Positions 1 to 12,283 of a stretch of 64,000 bases of DNA are shown here, one piece after another. How positions within the stretch are numbered: position 1 is the stretch's first letter; every line of letters starts with the position of its first letter. The notes beneath the pieces were generated by a model that saw only the letters and a program-made list of their open reading frames with translations, was not told the origin of the DNA and searched no databases. Both the position numbers and the translations under genes were made by a program. The DNA comes from Botryllus schlosseri (Eukaryota), in assembly GCA_051294905.1 (NCBI GenBank), contig CM119372.1, forward strand, positions 33,048,001 through 33,112,000, in the 5' to 3' direction.

Positions 1-249
1 CCAACTATCACTTTGAAATTGGCCTATCAATACGCGTATATTGCGATTACCAGCCGCGCGTATGTACCATTTTCAAAGTTAATTTAACGTCACCCAGAAC
101 AGTCTACTATGAGATGCCTACTATAGCCTACTGTGAGATGAAAGTAAATTAAAATCTTGTTAGGTTAGACACGATGTCCAACTATCACTTTTAAATTGCC
201 GTATCATTACGCGTAAATTGCGATTACCAGCAGCGCGTATGTACCATTT

Positions 250-405
250 TGAATTTGAAGTGAACCGATCATTAAATGACTTGGATTGTCGGCTAACCAT
301 GAGCGGTAAATCGCTGTCCAAACACAGGATTTATCATGATTGCATTTACCGCTCATGTTTAGCCGACAATCCAAGTCATCAAATGATCGGTTCACTTCAA
401 ATTCA
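250..405. repeat. Hairpin/MITE-like palindrome with ~60 bp arms, within a dispersed repeat whose units recur in both orientations in 1-1400
   Basis: tgaatttgaagtgaaccgatc... at 250 pairs with ...gatcggttcacttcaaattca ending at 405. Confidence 0.7.
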
Positions 406-459
406 TGTTTCAACATCGTGCCGGGCCTAGAATTGTCTAGAGTAGTCATCGGGAAACGG

Positions 460-974
460 TTCTGGGTGACTTTTTCATACCTGCTAAACATGTCCATTCC
501 CATTACACGAGATCTTCGTCTAAAGGAAACGTCTACTTACCCCAACCCAATAGCAACCTAACTAAGAGATCTATCGACTACTCGGGACCTATCATCTGGA
601 ATGCATTGCCATCACATATCCGTGAATTGCCTTATAATAGATTCAAAAAAGCCCTACTTGATCTCCTCTTGTCGTTACACTAACACTGTTGCCCTACCTC
701 GCCCAGACATTGCTTCATTGATCATTTGCTACCATTTTTTAATTTTTTTTCTATTTTCCTTTCCTAACTAAACACTTTTTTACAGCCAGACTGTTCTGAG
801 TCAAGTGTACCTGTTTGATGCTGGTGTGATTAGACTAGATGACCTTCACGGTCTTATCGATCATTCCTATCTAATACCGAATACTGTGTACGCATATTTT
901 CTGTACCACCATCACTGCCGTTTGTTATGTATTTTGGTTCGATGAAAAATAAAGACTCTCTCTCTCTCTCTCTC
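460..974 (+). mobile_element. LINE 3' end fragment with (CT)n tail
   Basis: Similar to ~43560-44135; ends with aataaa followed by (ct)n. Confidence 0.55.
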
Positions 975-1687
975 ACACTAAATTAATTTTGAAAATGGTA
1001 CATATACGCGCTGCTGGTAATCGCAATTTAGCGTAGAATAATGATACGACAATTTCAAAGTGATTGTTGGACCATAGCAATTTACTGCGTAAATTGCTAT
1101 GGTTGGACAATGGACATCGTGTCGGACCTAGAAATGTCCTAATTTATTTTTATCTCAAAGTATATGATCATTTGAGTATATTAAAACTAGATTGGTCCTC
1201 GGGAAACAATCGAGGGTGTTGCTAAACAAACTTTAAAAATGGTACATACGCGCTGCTGGTATTCGTAATTTACGCGTAATGATAAGGCAATTTCAAGGTG
1301 ATAGTTGGACGTCGTTTCGGACCTACAAATGTTTTAATTTACATCTATATAAACGTATATGATCATTGGAGTATATTAAAACCAGATTGGTCCTGCAAAG
1401 TAAGCATATATTGCGTCAAATTCTTGAAAATTCGCCGATCAATTGAAATATATTATAGTTGCTATCATTTCCGGGCCAGCGATCTTCCCTACTTCACACG
1501 ACAAAGCAGGAAATACCCTGCTCCAAAGACGAGTGACTACACTCACGCCAAAACGCATGACAAAATCTCTAGCCATGACGACGGGCTCAGTATTCTCTCG
1601 AATCTGTCACACATAACCGATCAACTGGAAATCTCATGACGCGTTCATGTGTGTCGTGATACCAAATTGCTTCATGTGAAAAGGCTT

Positions 1688-4600
1688 AATGTATCAATTT
1701 GCCAACTCGAAATGAAACTTACTACACAAACCAAGTTGATTCGTATCTGAATGTGTTAATTCGGTACAATTCTAATTATTTTGAGAAATCTTTTCGTGAT
1801 CTTTTGATTCGACCATAACCCGAATATTACTGACGCCGACTTTCAGCCACATTGAATTATTCGCACATTCCACGCCGCTGTTTTCACACTTATAGAATCA
1901 ATACCAACTATAATTCTACAAGAATCAAGAATCACAAGTATATGCATTATACAGTTATTGTCTTTATCAACACGAAATCAAACTCTTAACAAAAACACGC
2001 ATCTTATCACTCGTCAACTCTATCATGAAAATCCTCGAGTCCTTATCATCAAAAATGTTATAGCGCGGCGTCGGAATCCATTCGTGAGATGTGCTAAAGG
2101 TAAATCCAGATAATCCAAAATGAAATATTTAGACTTTGACATTGCGCGAATTGAAATAGTTTTGACAAACATGACTACCAACTTTCACCCAGTCACATTT
2201 CAAGATTATACTTTGAAACAATCCTTGAAACTGACAACTCTATTCACGACTCCGTTTCCGTTTGTAAAATAGAGTTTCAGAAATACTATCGCGATATTTT
2301 AATGTGTTACTACACACAATAGAATCAATCAATGAAATAACACCTGTTGTAAATATTTCTAACTTGACAACCACTTGTACATACCGCGATCGACTTGTGA
2401 CGCGATGAGTTAAATCGGAATATTTCAATCTATTTGTCGAAACCTTGAACAAACTATCGGGTTATTTTTTGTTGCAATCGAGTGAACGGAAATAGTATTA
2501 CGTCTCGACATCTCGCCGTCTTACCATATTCAAAGAGTCAACCACGAAAACATTGTCAAGTAAATCCGTTACCCGACCAACTCAAGCAGTTAGCCAAGCA
2601 TACACGAGTCCATACAAACACTAAAACCTAAAATCCATAACAAGTTCGGTTGTATTCATATCCCTACACTTCATTTTTTATTCAACTTTAAAAGTCGTTA
2701 CTATTCTGTAAGAAAGAGGAATTACTACGCGGTATATTCTACAAGACAAAGTAATTATTACTCGATATATTTTGTAAGACAAAAGTAATTACTACCCGCT
2801 GCAGGCGACTTGAGCTTAACATAATATGTTTGAGTATACGAGATTCGAAAGTCTGATCGACGTAGTTGCGACTTCATTTCTTACAATCGAACGCTGGTGT
2901 TATATTCAAAGTTATCATACCGTAAACATAAGGATTGACACATCGATTTGACGTATGTAATAGTGATCACGACTTGATTATTAAATTATTCGCGTTAATT
3001 AGACCCGGCGTTGTGGTAAATGTTATGACAGCAACAAACTTTTCAGTACCAATGTTATTAACATATTAAGCTGTAAAACTATGTGTGTCTGAAATGTTCT
3101 TGATAGGAAAATTACTCCACCTTGGTAAAAATCACTCTGCGTATCGCGGATATCAGAAAATATTTCCAGTAACCAAGACTAAAGATGAAACGACAATATC
3201 GGTATTATTACATTCAACAATCAGTAAAATTATTAAAATCTATCGTTTGCGATAAACAGCACTAAAGATGTAATAATTCCAGTATTCATACATTGAACAT
3301 CCGATACAAAATGCTGTATTATCCCGATTCCCAACGAGTCATTGAAACGACTAAGTGTAGAATCAGTATATCACAATATCGTTACTATTGAATCCAACGA
3401 TTTATTGTCGGAATTTGTGACAGAGAATTGAAACATATGCACTTTACAGAGTGTGAAAATATCACTTTGAGTATCGAGTGCCGTTCGAAGCTAGCGATCA
3501 ATTCTTAATCATTTCAGTAACTCCCCATTGTGCGTGCTAAATGTAAAATATCGCGAGGTTATACACTCTAAGACTTTGATTATTGTAAAAGTAAATTGTG
3601 ATATGTTTGTTAGATACATCCAATTCAACTAGAAGTGTCTAGTGCCCAACACTCGTAATATCAAAAAAGTACTTGCTACACTGTTATTTGCTAAACGTGT
3701 TTTGCATTGTTGTTCATTTGTAGTATTGATTGTTCTTGAACCCTCAAATAATAATTCCCGACATGAAACCAAGTCGCTGAAAGTCGTTACCATCACGAAG
3801 ATACAATGTGTACGATGTTTGTCAAATGTGTCCTACATGGCCAACAGAAAACAATTTTCACTCACTCGAAATGAAACCAATGTGATGGTCTCCATTCGAT
3901 ATTTTGTTTGTGTCAAATACTTTGCAATGAACACATTAGCGTGGTTGAGCTTTACATCATCAAGCTGTTATTTGTAAATCAAGATTTCGGTAAACTTGTA
4001 AATGTATCGTTTAACTAACCGACATTTAGTGATTGGGGAACATACCAAACGATACACATCCATCTCCGAAATACTGCGTTGATCTCAATTCCTTTGTCGT
4101 GATAATCGAAGTACATTTGTTTCGATTTCATAAAAACCAACTTTTCTATGACGTGATAAATTTTTGAAAAGTTATGCTTAGAAGATTGTTGCATCTCGCG
4201 AAAAAATAATATACCACTCATATTGATACTGTTACTCCAATGATCGGTATTTTCAAACGAGTCGATTTTCAACCGAGCAAAATTTATTACTTGAGTTGTC
4301 CTGCTTACTATATTTAAATGTAAACTCACCCGTCTTTCAACAACAAAGACATGGATAAAAAGTACGCAAGCAAACACAACAAGTTTTACTTTTGTTGGAC
4401 ACCAATTATTATTCCACGCATCTCATTTCATACTAAGTGTATATGAAAGATATTCATGGCACACGAAAATATTCGATATTCCATGCTACGAACCTACGCA
4501 ATGATTGGTGACGCTTTCCCACTATTTCGATTTAGTTATTTACCCACACACCGTGATTTAGCTGAACATGTAGTTTAGAAAATCTCAAAATCATCGTCTT

Positions 4601-4766
4601 CTTTGTACGGCGTTACTGTGTGTCTCATCCTCGTGGATTCGTGTTAAATTGGACTGAAGTTTGATTTACACGGGACCGATCCCGCGACAACGGATTATGT
4701 GTGTCCAGCTACTTACCGGGGCTATACAAAAAACATGAAAGTGAAGCCGATTTCCCTGATCCTGCC
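1688..4766. repeat. Left arm of giant inverted repeat
   Basis: Reverse complement of 7106-7336 plus 8910-11757. Mirrored ORFs: 2240-2452/10993-11205, 3642-3977/9468-9803, 4015-4377/9068-9430. Only about six substitutions seen by eye. Confidence 0.95.
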
Positions 4767-5142
4767 ATCAATCCATAATCTGCTGTACGTCAATATCTGA
4801 CCACTGCATTGGGACTGAAAGACACAAACAACATTTCTTTATTTTTTCACAAAATTTAATGATCACATTTTACATCGTTACACTGACATGACTAGTCATG
4901 TGCCTTGCCAGTCCATTTTTTCGTATAAATCTTTTCGCACAAATATGACATTCGTAGGCCCTGATGTCGGCGTGAATATCCAAATGCGACTTTAATTGGG
5001 TCTTTAGATGAAAATCTTTTCCACAGATCGGGCATTTGTGGTCTTTTTCATCTTTATGGATACCCATATGTCGTCTGAGCGAGCCTTCACGACCGAACTC
5101 TTTCCCGCAAATTTCGCACTTATGAGGCCTGGCGTTGACATG

Positions 5143-7001
5143 TGTAGCCGTTCGGTCGTAGTCCTCGCTATGACGCTATCTAACTGAATGCGGCTAAATT
5201 ACTTCAGGTTCGACTGGACCCAGAGACACATTGCAGATTCGACGGATATATTACAACGAAGGCAGGCACAATAAACACATCAATACTTCCAATCCAATCC
5301 AATCCAAGACTTAACACAGCAACTCCATACAATGACACTCCAATACCAGCTCCATACCAAACCCAAACTACATACCAAAGACTAACTCAAATCACTTCCT
5401 CTTTTCAATACCGCATGTTACCCTACGCATGACTGGTCTTACAACCAGATAGTCCGGAGTCATTATGGCTCCGGAGCCGAGCGGTTACACATCCCCGTTC
5501 CCAAGTTGAGTGATCTAGTAGTAAAGATCACTCACAAGCGACAAGACGGAGCACAAAAAAAACAGAGTATAAAAATTGCAAGAATATGAACAAAGAAGAA
5601 ATATGATCAAGCAAGATTAGATATTACAACATCTCACAACCGCCAATATTACAATAGTTCATTCAATTGACGACAATACACGATATCATAGGCACAATCC
5701 ACCAACAACGTACATCAGTAGTCATTTTCCACAACATAACGCCATGTGCTAAAACCAAGGCTACAACATAACACCATGTGCTAAAACCAAGGCAATTACA
5801 GAAACATAACAAGAGGTATCAATACCCGTAAACGATAGCCGTTCATTATCAAATCAAGATCACAGTTCCAACATCTCAACATCAGGGGCGAAGTCCAAGT
5901 CCGCTGTCAAATCCCAATGTACCACCATCTCATTCGAACATCTCTCGAAGTAAAAGCTTTACGGTGTGACGGCTCCTTTATATTCACATTGAAACGTTCA
6001 ATGGCCAGCTCACAGTATACCAACGACTCGAAAGTTCCAGGTACATCCCAGACGTTTACTTCTCTACCAACCAAGCCCTTGTTTCCAATTGACGAAGCCA
6101 CTGCAGCACTTTCACCTCCACAATCCTCAGTCAATTGTTCCTCCATCACACCTCCTCCACCTTGACAATCATCATCATCATCATCATCATCATTATTATC
6201 ATCAACTATCTCATCACACGACTTCAATGGTACCATGACTACCATCTCAGATCCATTATCATCAACAGGTGCAGTAAATATCTCTTCAGAAACCACCACT
6301 TTGCTCTCACATGCCAACACATCAACGATTTCCTCTACATGCGGTTTTTCGAAATCCTCCTCTTCCAGGGTCACATCAATAACAGAGTTTCCAACAGACG
6401 AGCATACCGACACATGCTCCAAGCCACCACGTGCCAAATTATCCATTTCCCCAACAGCACGAGTGTCCAATAACTTCACAATTCGTCGTGCTTCCTTCCC
6501 AAGCATTCCTTTTGCTAACTTGTTAAAAAACCGTGCAAGTGCAACTTCTTCTTTCCTCTTCAATAACTGTCTTGCTTCAAGTCCATCGCATCCGTCTCTT
6601 ACTGCAAGCGGCATCTCTATACCGGATCCAGCATCAGGCTGCGTGCTCGCCATTTGTAGCCGTTCGGTCGTAGTCCTCGCTATGACGCTATCTAACTGAA
6701 TGCGGCTAAATTACTTCAGGTTCGACTGGACCCAGAGACACATTGCAGATTCGACGGATATATTACAACGAAGGCAGGCACAATAAACACATCAATACTT
6801 CCAATCCAATCCAATCCAAGACTTAACACAGCAACTCCATACAATGACACTCCAATACCAGCTCCATACCAAACCCAAACTACATACCAAAGACTAACTC
6901 AAATCACTTCCTCTTTTCAATACCGCATGTTACCCTACGCATGACTGGTCTTACAACCAGATAGTCCGGAGTCATTATGGCTCCGGAGCCGAGCGGTTAC
7001 A
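5143..7001 (-). mobile_element. Non-autonomous LTR retroelement (Gypsy-like), 347-bp LTRs
   Basis: Apparently identical TG..CA LTRs at 5143-5489 and 6655-7001; 4-bp TSD CATG (5139-5142, 7002-7005). On the - strand, PBS TGGCGAGCACGC follows the right LTR and purine tract GGGAACGGGGATG precedes the left LTR. Confidence 0.92.
5907..6653 (-). CDS. Acidic orphan protein (248 aa) inside the LTR element
   Basis: Open ORF whose ATG overlaps the PBS; poly-Asp tract; no gag or pol motif recognised. Confidence 0.5.
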   Translation of the reverse strand: MASTQPDAGSGIEMPLAVRDGCDGLEARQLLKRKEEVALARFFNKLAKGMLGKEARRIVKLLDTRAVGEMDNLARGGLEHVSVCSSVGNSVIDVTLEEEDFEKPHVEEIVDVLACESKVVVSEEIFTAPVDDNGSEMVVMVPLKSCDEIVDDNNDDDDDDDDCQGGGGVMEEQLTEDCGGESAAVASSIGNKGLVGREVNVWDVPGTFESLVYCELAIERFNVNIKEPSHRKAFTSRDVRMRWWYIGI

Positions 7002-7105
7002 CATGTGCATTCAGGTGATCCTTTAAACTATGGGTTTGAGTAAATGTTTTTCCACACACCCAACATTTGTGTTTTTTAATGACAAAGTGAGTAGCCACGT
7101 GATTG

Positions 7106-10100
7106 GGCAGGATCAGGGAAATCGGCTTCACTTTCATGTTTTTTGTATAGCCCCGGTAAGTAGCTGGACACACATAATCCGTTGTCGCGGGATCGGTCCC
7201 CTGTAAATCAAACTTCAGTCCAATTTAACACGAATCCACGAGGATGAGACACACAGTAACGCCGTACAAAGAAGACGATGATTTTGAGATTTTCTAAACT
7301 ACATGTTCAGCTAAATCACGGTGTGTGGGTAAATAATCACGAAGTATACTTGATTTGCGCGATGTCTTGTTATTTTCATAGAGACACAGGTTGTGGTGTG
7401 TGGTTTATCGATTCAGAGTTGATATCCGGAACCGGTTAATACTTTCTCGGGGTTTCCGATTTCTAACTGCATGGGGCTGTATGTATTGGTCAATAAAGAG
7501 TGACACAACATAGTAAACACAAGTAACCCGGTGTTGTTAGCCCGATGGAAACGTAAATTCCTCGATTTCCGACTGCTGTTATCTGTGCGCCAAACATTTA
7601 CCCAAGTCGAGGCGGTGTTTTATTCAGACACTTTGACTCTGGAAAACCTAAAGCGCGAACCTGGACATCGCGGACATGTCGAGAACTATTGTCCAATTTC
7701 CAAAACACGCATTTCGATATACAAGAGCATATTGCATGTGGTTAACCGATGATATTGATGTGATACGACTGATGGGGGTATACTCTGAAACCGGTTGTCC
7801 ATGTATATTTTCGTTACTGTTCGTTGTAATCAATTTCCAACTATCGTCAATAGGCTACAACAAATATCAAATTGTCAGGTGTGTTTGTCAGATTTCAAAA
7901 TGAAAATGGTTTTGTTATTCTAGGAAAAGCTAGATAACCAAGAGAAAATGCATTGTTACACTGGGTAAACGCCAGATCTCCAAAGGAAAATGATATTTTT
8001 ACTCGGGTAACGACTGACCTCCAGGTGAAAATGGAAATTTTACTTGAGTAGGTATCGTATGTTTAGTGTCGTTGGTATTGTTAAACGTTGTCGCCGGTAG
8101 CTGTTGGTATACTATTACGAGTGTGAAAAGGATTGACATGACCTGTGTAGAGTATCGCGATAGTAAACATATTTTTGGTGCGACGAAACAAGATCGTTGT
8201 TCAAATGTTAATGTATTTCGATTACCGAGTTACTGTACAATAGAGATGACTTTAAATTAGAACGGGCTGTGTACTTCGATTACAATCACAAAACCACATG
8301 TAAATCTATTCACACAACTCGATGATGTTGATATAGTGTTACTAAAATGAATTATTACCTATTTACACAACATAAAAATAACAATTCATGTCGTAGTAAG
8401 TAGGTTTCGTGAACTCATACTTGATGAAAACGAGTGGTGACAAGCGTGCGTTTGTGTTTGAGTGAAAAATAATTATTTAGAGTAGTGACATTTTGTGACC
8501 AATGAATGCAAATCGATCATGGTATTACAATATACGCTTTTGTCAACATAACGACTTGGCGCCGCGCATACAAACTTTTGTGTAAACAACTCTGATGTTA
8601 CTGTTGGTACTAGTGCTGTGTTGAACTATTTGGTTCTTAAGACACATGAACACCCATTCAGACAATAAAGGTCTTGAGGTAACGAAACAGTTTGTGGAGT
8701 CAAACCAACCATTCTTTATTGTCGTAATGTGAGAATATCGAGTAAAGTTGATTACTTTGTGTGATGTAAATATCTTTCGTACTTTTGTAAGAGTTGTGGG
8801 GGTCTCATGAAAAAGTAACTAGTTGACAAAAACAAAATATTGAATGAAGGTTCGTCTGTTGTTTTCATAAGTCAAGAGAGTGAAAATTGTTGTTGTTGTT
8901 TTTGTTACACTAAATCGAAATAGTGGGAAAGCGTCACCAATCATTGCGTAGGTTCGTAGCATGGAATATCGAATATTTTCGTGTGCCATGAATATCTTTC
9001 ATATACACTTAGTATGAAATGAGATGCGTGGAATAATAATTGGTGTCCAACAAAAGTAAAACTTGTTGTGTTTGCTTGCGTACTTTTTATCCATGTCTTT
9101 GTTGTTGAAAGACGGGTGAGTTTACATTTAAATATAGTAAGCAGGACAACTCAAGTAATAAATTTTGCTCGGTTGAAAATCGACTCGTTTGAAAATACCG
9201 ATCAATGGAGTAACAGTATCAATATGAGTGGTATATTATTTTTTCGCGAGATGCAACAATCTTCTAAGCATAACTTTTCAAAAATTTATCACGTCATAGA
9301 AAAGTTGGTTTTTATGAAATCGAAACAAATGTACTTCGATTATCACGACAAAGGAATTGAGATCAACGCAGTATTTCGGAGATGGATGTGTATCGTTTGG
9401 TATGTTCCCCAATCACTAAATGTCGGTTAGTTAAACGATACATTTACAAGTTTACCGAAATCTTGATTTACAAATAACAGCTTGATGATGTAAAGCTCAA
9501 CCACGCTAATGTGTTCATTGCAAAGTATTTGACACAAACAAAATATCGAATGGAGACCATCACATTGGTTTCATTTCGAGTGAGTGAAAATTGTTTTCTG
9601 TTGGCCAGGTAGGACACATTTGACAAACATCGTACACATTGTATCTTCGTGATGGTAACGACTTTCAGCGACTTGGTTTCATGTCGGGAATTATTATTTG
9701 AGGGTTCAAGAACAATCAATACTACAAATGAACAACAATGCAAAACACGTTTAGCAAATAACAGTGTAGCAAGTACTTTTTTGATATTACGAGTGTTGGG
9801 CACTAGACACTTCTAGTTGAATTGGATGTATCTAACAAACATATCACAATTTACTTTTACAATAATCAAAGTCTTAGAGTGTATAACCTCGCGATATTTT
9901 ACATTTAGCACGCACAATGGGGAGTTACTGAAATGATTAAGAATTGATCGCTAGCTTCGAACGGCACTCGATACTCAAAGTGATATTTTCACACTCTGTA
10001 AAGTGCATATGTTTCAATTCTCTGTCACAAATTCCGACAATAAATCGTTGGATTCAATAGTAACGATATTGTGATATACTGATTCTACACTTAGTCGTTT

Positions 10101-11757
10101 CAATTACTCGTTGGGAATCGGGATAATAAAGCATTTTGTATCGGATGTTCAATGTATGAATACTGGAATTATTACATCTTTAGTGCTGTTTATCGCAAAC
10201 GATAGATTTTAATAATTTTACTGATTGTTGAATGTAATAATACCGATATTGTCGTTTCATCTTTAGTCTTGGTTACTGGAAATATTTTCTGATATCCGCG
10301 ATACGCAGAGTGATTTTTACCAAGGTGGAGTAATTTTCCTATCAAGAACATTTCAGACACACATAGTTTTACAGCTTAATATGTTAATAACATTGGTACT
10401 GAAAAGTTTGTTGCTGTCATAACATTTACCACAACGCCGGGTCTAATTAACGCGAATAATTTAATAATCAAGTCGTGATCACTATTACATACGTCAAATC
10501 GATGTGTCAATCCTTATGTTTACGGTATGATAACTTTGAATATAACACCAGCGTTCGATTGTAAGAAATGAAGTCGCAACTACGTCGATCAGACTTTCGA
10601 ATCTCGTATACTCAAACATATTATGTTAAGCTCAAGTCGCCTGCAGCGGGTAGTAATTACTTTTGTCTTACAAAATATATCGAGTAATAATTACTTTGTC
10701 TTGTAGAATATACCGCGTAGTAATTCCTCTTTCTTACAGAATAGTAACGACTTTTAAAGTTGAATAAAAAATGAAGTGTAGGGATATGAATACAACCGAA
10801 CTTGTTATGGATTTTAGGTTTTAGTGTTTGTATGGACTCGTGTATGCTTGGCTAACTGCTTGAGTTGGTCGGGTAACGGATTTACTTGACAATGTTTTCG
10901 TGGTTGACTCTTTGAATATGGTAAGACGGCGAGATGTCGAGACGTAATACTATTTCCGTTCACTCGATTGCAACAAAAAATAACCCGATAGTTTGTTCAA
11001 GGTTTCGACAAATAGATTGAAATATTCCGATTTAACTCATCGCGTCACAAGTCGATCGCGGTATGTACAAGTGGTTGTCAAGTTAGAAATATTTACAACA
11101 GGTGTTATTTCATTGATTGATTCTATTGTGTGTAGTAACACATTAAAATATCGCGATAGTATTTCTGAAACTCTATTTTACAAACGGAAACGGAGTCGTG
11201 AATAGAGTTGTCAGTTTCAAGGATTGTTTCAAAGTATAATCTTGAAATGTGACTGGGTGAAAGTTGGTAGTCATGTTTGTCAAAACTATTTCAATTCGCG
11301 CAATGTCAAAGTCTAAATATTTCATTTTGGATTATCTGGATTTACCTTTAGCACATCTCACGAATGGATTCCGACGCCGCGCTATAACATTTTTGATGAT
11401 AAGGACTCGAGGATTTTCATGATAGAGTTGACGAGTGATAAGATGCGTGTTTTTGTTAAGAGTTTGATTTCGTGTTGATAAAGACAATAACTGTATAATG
11501 CATATACTTGTGATTCTCGATTCTTGTAGAATTATAGTTGGTATTGATTCTATAAGTGTGAAAACAGCGGCGTGGAATGTGCGAATAATTCAATGTGGCT
11601 GAAAGTCGGCGTCAGTAATATTCGGGTTATGGTCGAATCAAAAGATCACGAAAAGATTTCTCAAAATAATTAGAATTGTACCGAATTAACACATTCAGAT
11701 ACGAATCAACTTGGTTTGTGTAGTAAGTTTCATTTCGAGTTGGCAAATTGATACATT
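7106..11757. repeat. Right arm of giant inverted repeat (contains ~1.57 kb, 7337-8909, absent from the left arm)
   Basis: ggcaggatcaggg at 7106 pairs with 4766; gcaaattgatacatt ending at 11757 pairs with 1688. Confidence 0.95.
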
Positions 11758-12283
11758 GATTGAATATTCTCATAATTCTTATCGCGCAACTAAAGTCAGC
11801 CACTGTTCGAAGTGTCAAAACATATAGCGACCACCAGAAAGTGTCAAATTGTTGGTTTTCGAATCACCGTCTGCGACGGCTCTGTGACAAACTAATTACC
11901 GAAATATTACCTTGTGAGTGATCGGTATGTCTTTAACACCAAGTCGCTAAAAATGGTTATGTCCGAGACATTATCTTGTTAGCGATCGCGGGATTTGCAA
12001 TCTATTTTACACTTTTTGAAGTGTTAATTTACGAGCGCGGTTATTTGTTGCTCGCTTTTGTGTCACTGCTGAATACTGAATACTCCTGAATGTGATAGTA
12101 CTGACTGGATTAGTGTAATAATCGATACGATAGTGCGCGCTCGAAATCCCCACATCAGGTCGCGTTTCCAAAACGGATGTATTTAGTGGGTCACAAATAT
12201 CAAAACGCGGTCGCGATAATCCTTTTCAAAATCGCGCATTGCACTGCGGTTTAGTGAATTTCCTGTTTAGCGATACTCGTGAC

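Larger units (their letters stand above)
4870..7137 (-). pseudogene. C2H2 zinc-finger ORF (4 complete fingers, ~134 aa reconstructed) interrupted by an LTR element
   Basis: Joining 7137-7002 to 5138-4870 gives MKVKPISLILPNHVATHFVIKKHKCWVCGKTFTQTHSLKDHLNAHVNARPHKCEICGKEFGREGSLRRHMGIHKDEKDHKCPICGK...HVSVTM* in one frame. Confidence 0.85.

Noticed and set aside
2240..4377. Short ORFs in the palindrome arms as real genes
   Set aside because: No recognisable motifs and mostly non-ATG starts; they appear twice only because of the inverted duplication. They could be decayed element genes but this cannot be supported.
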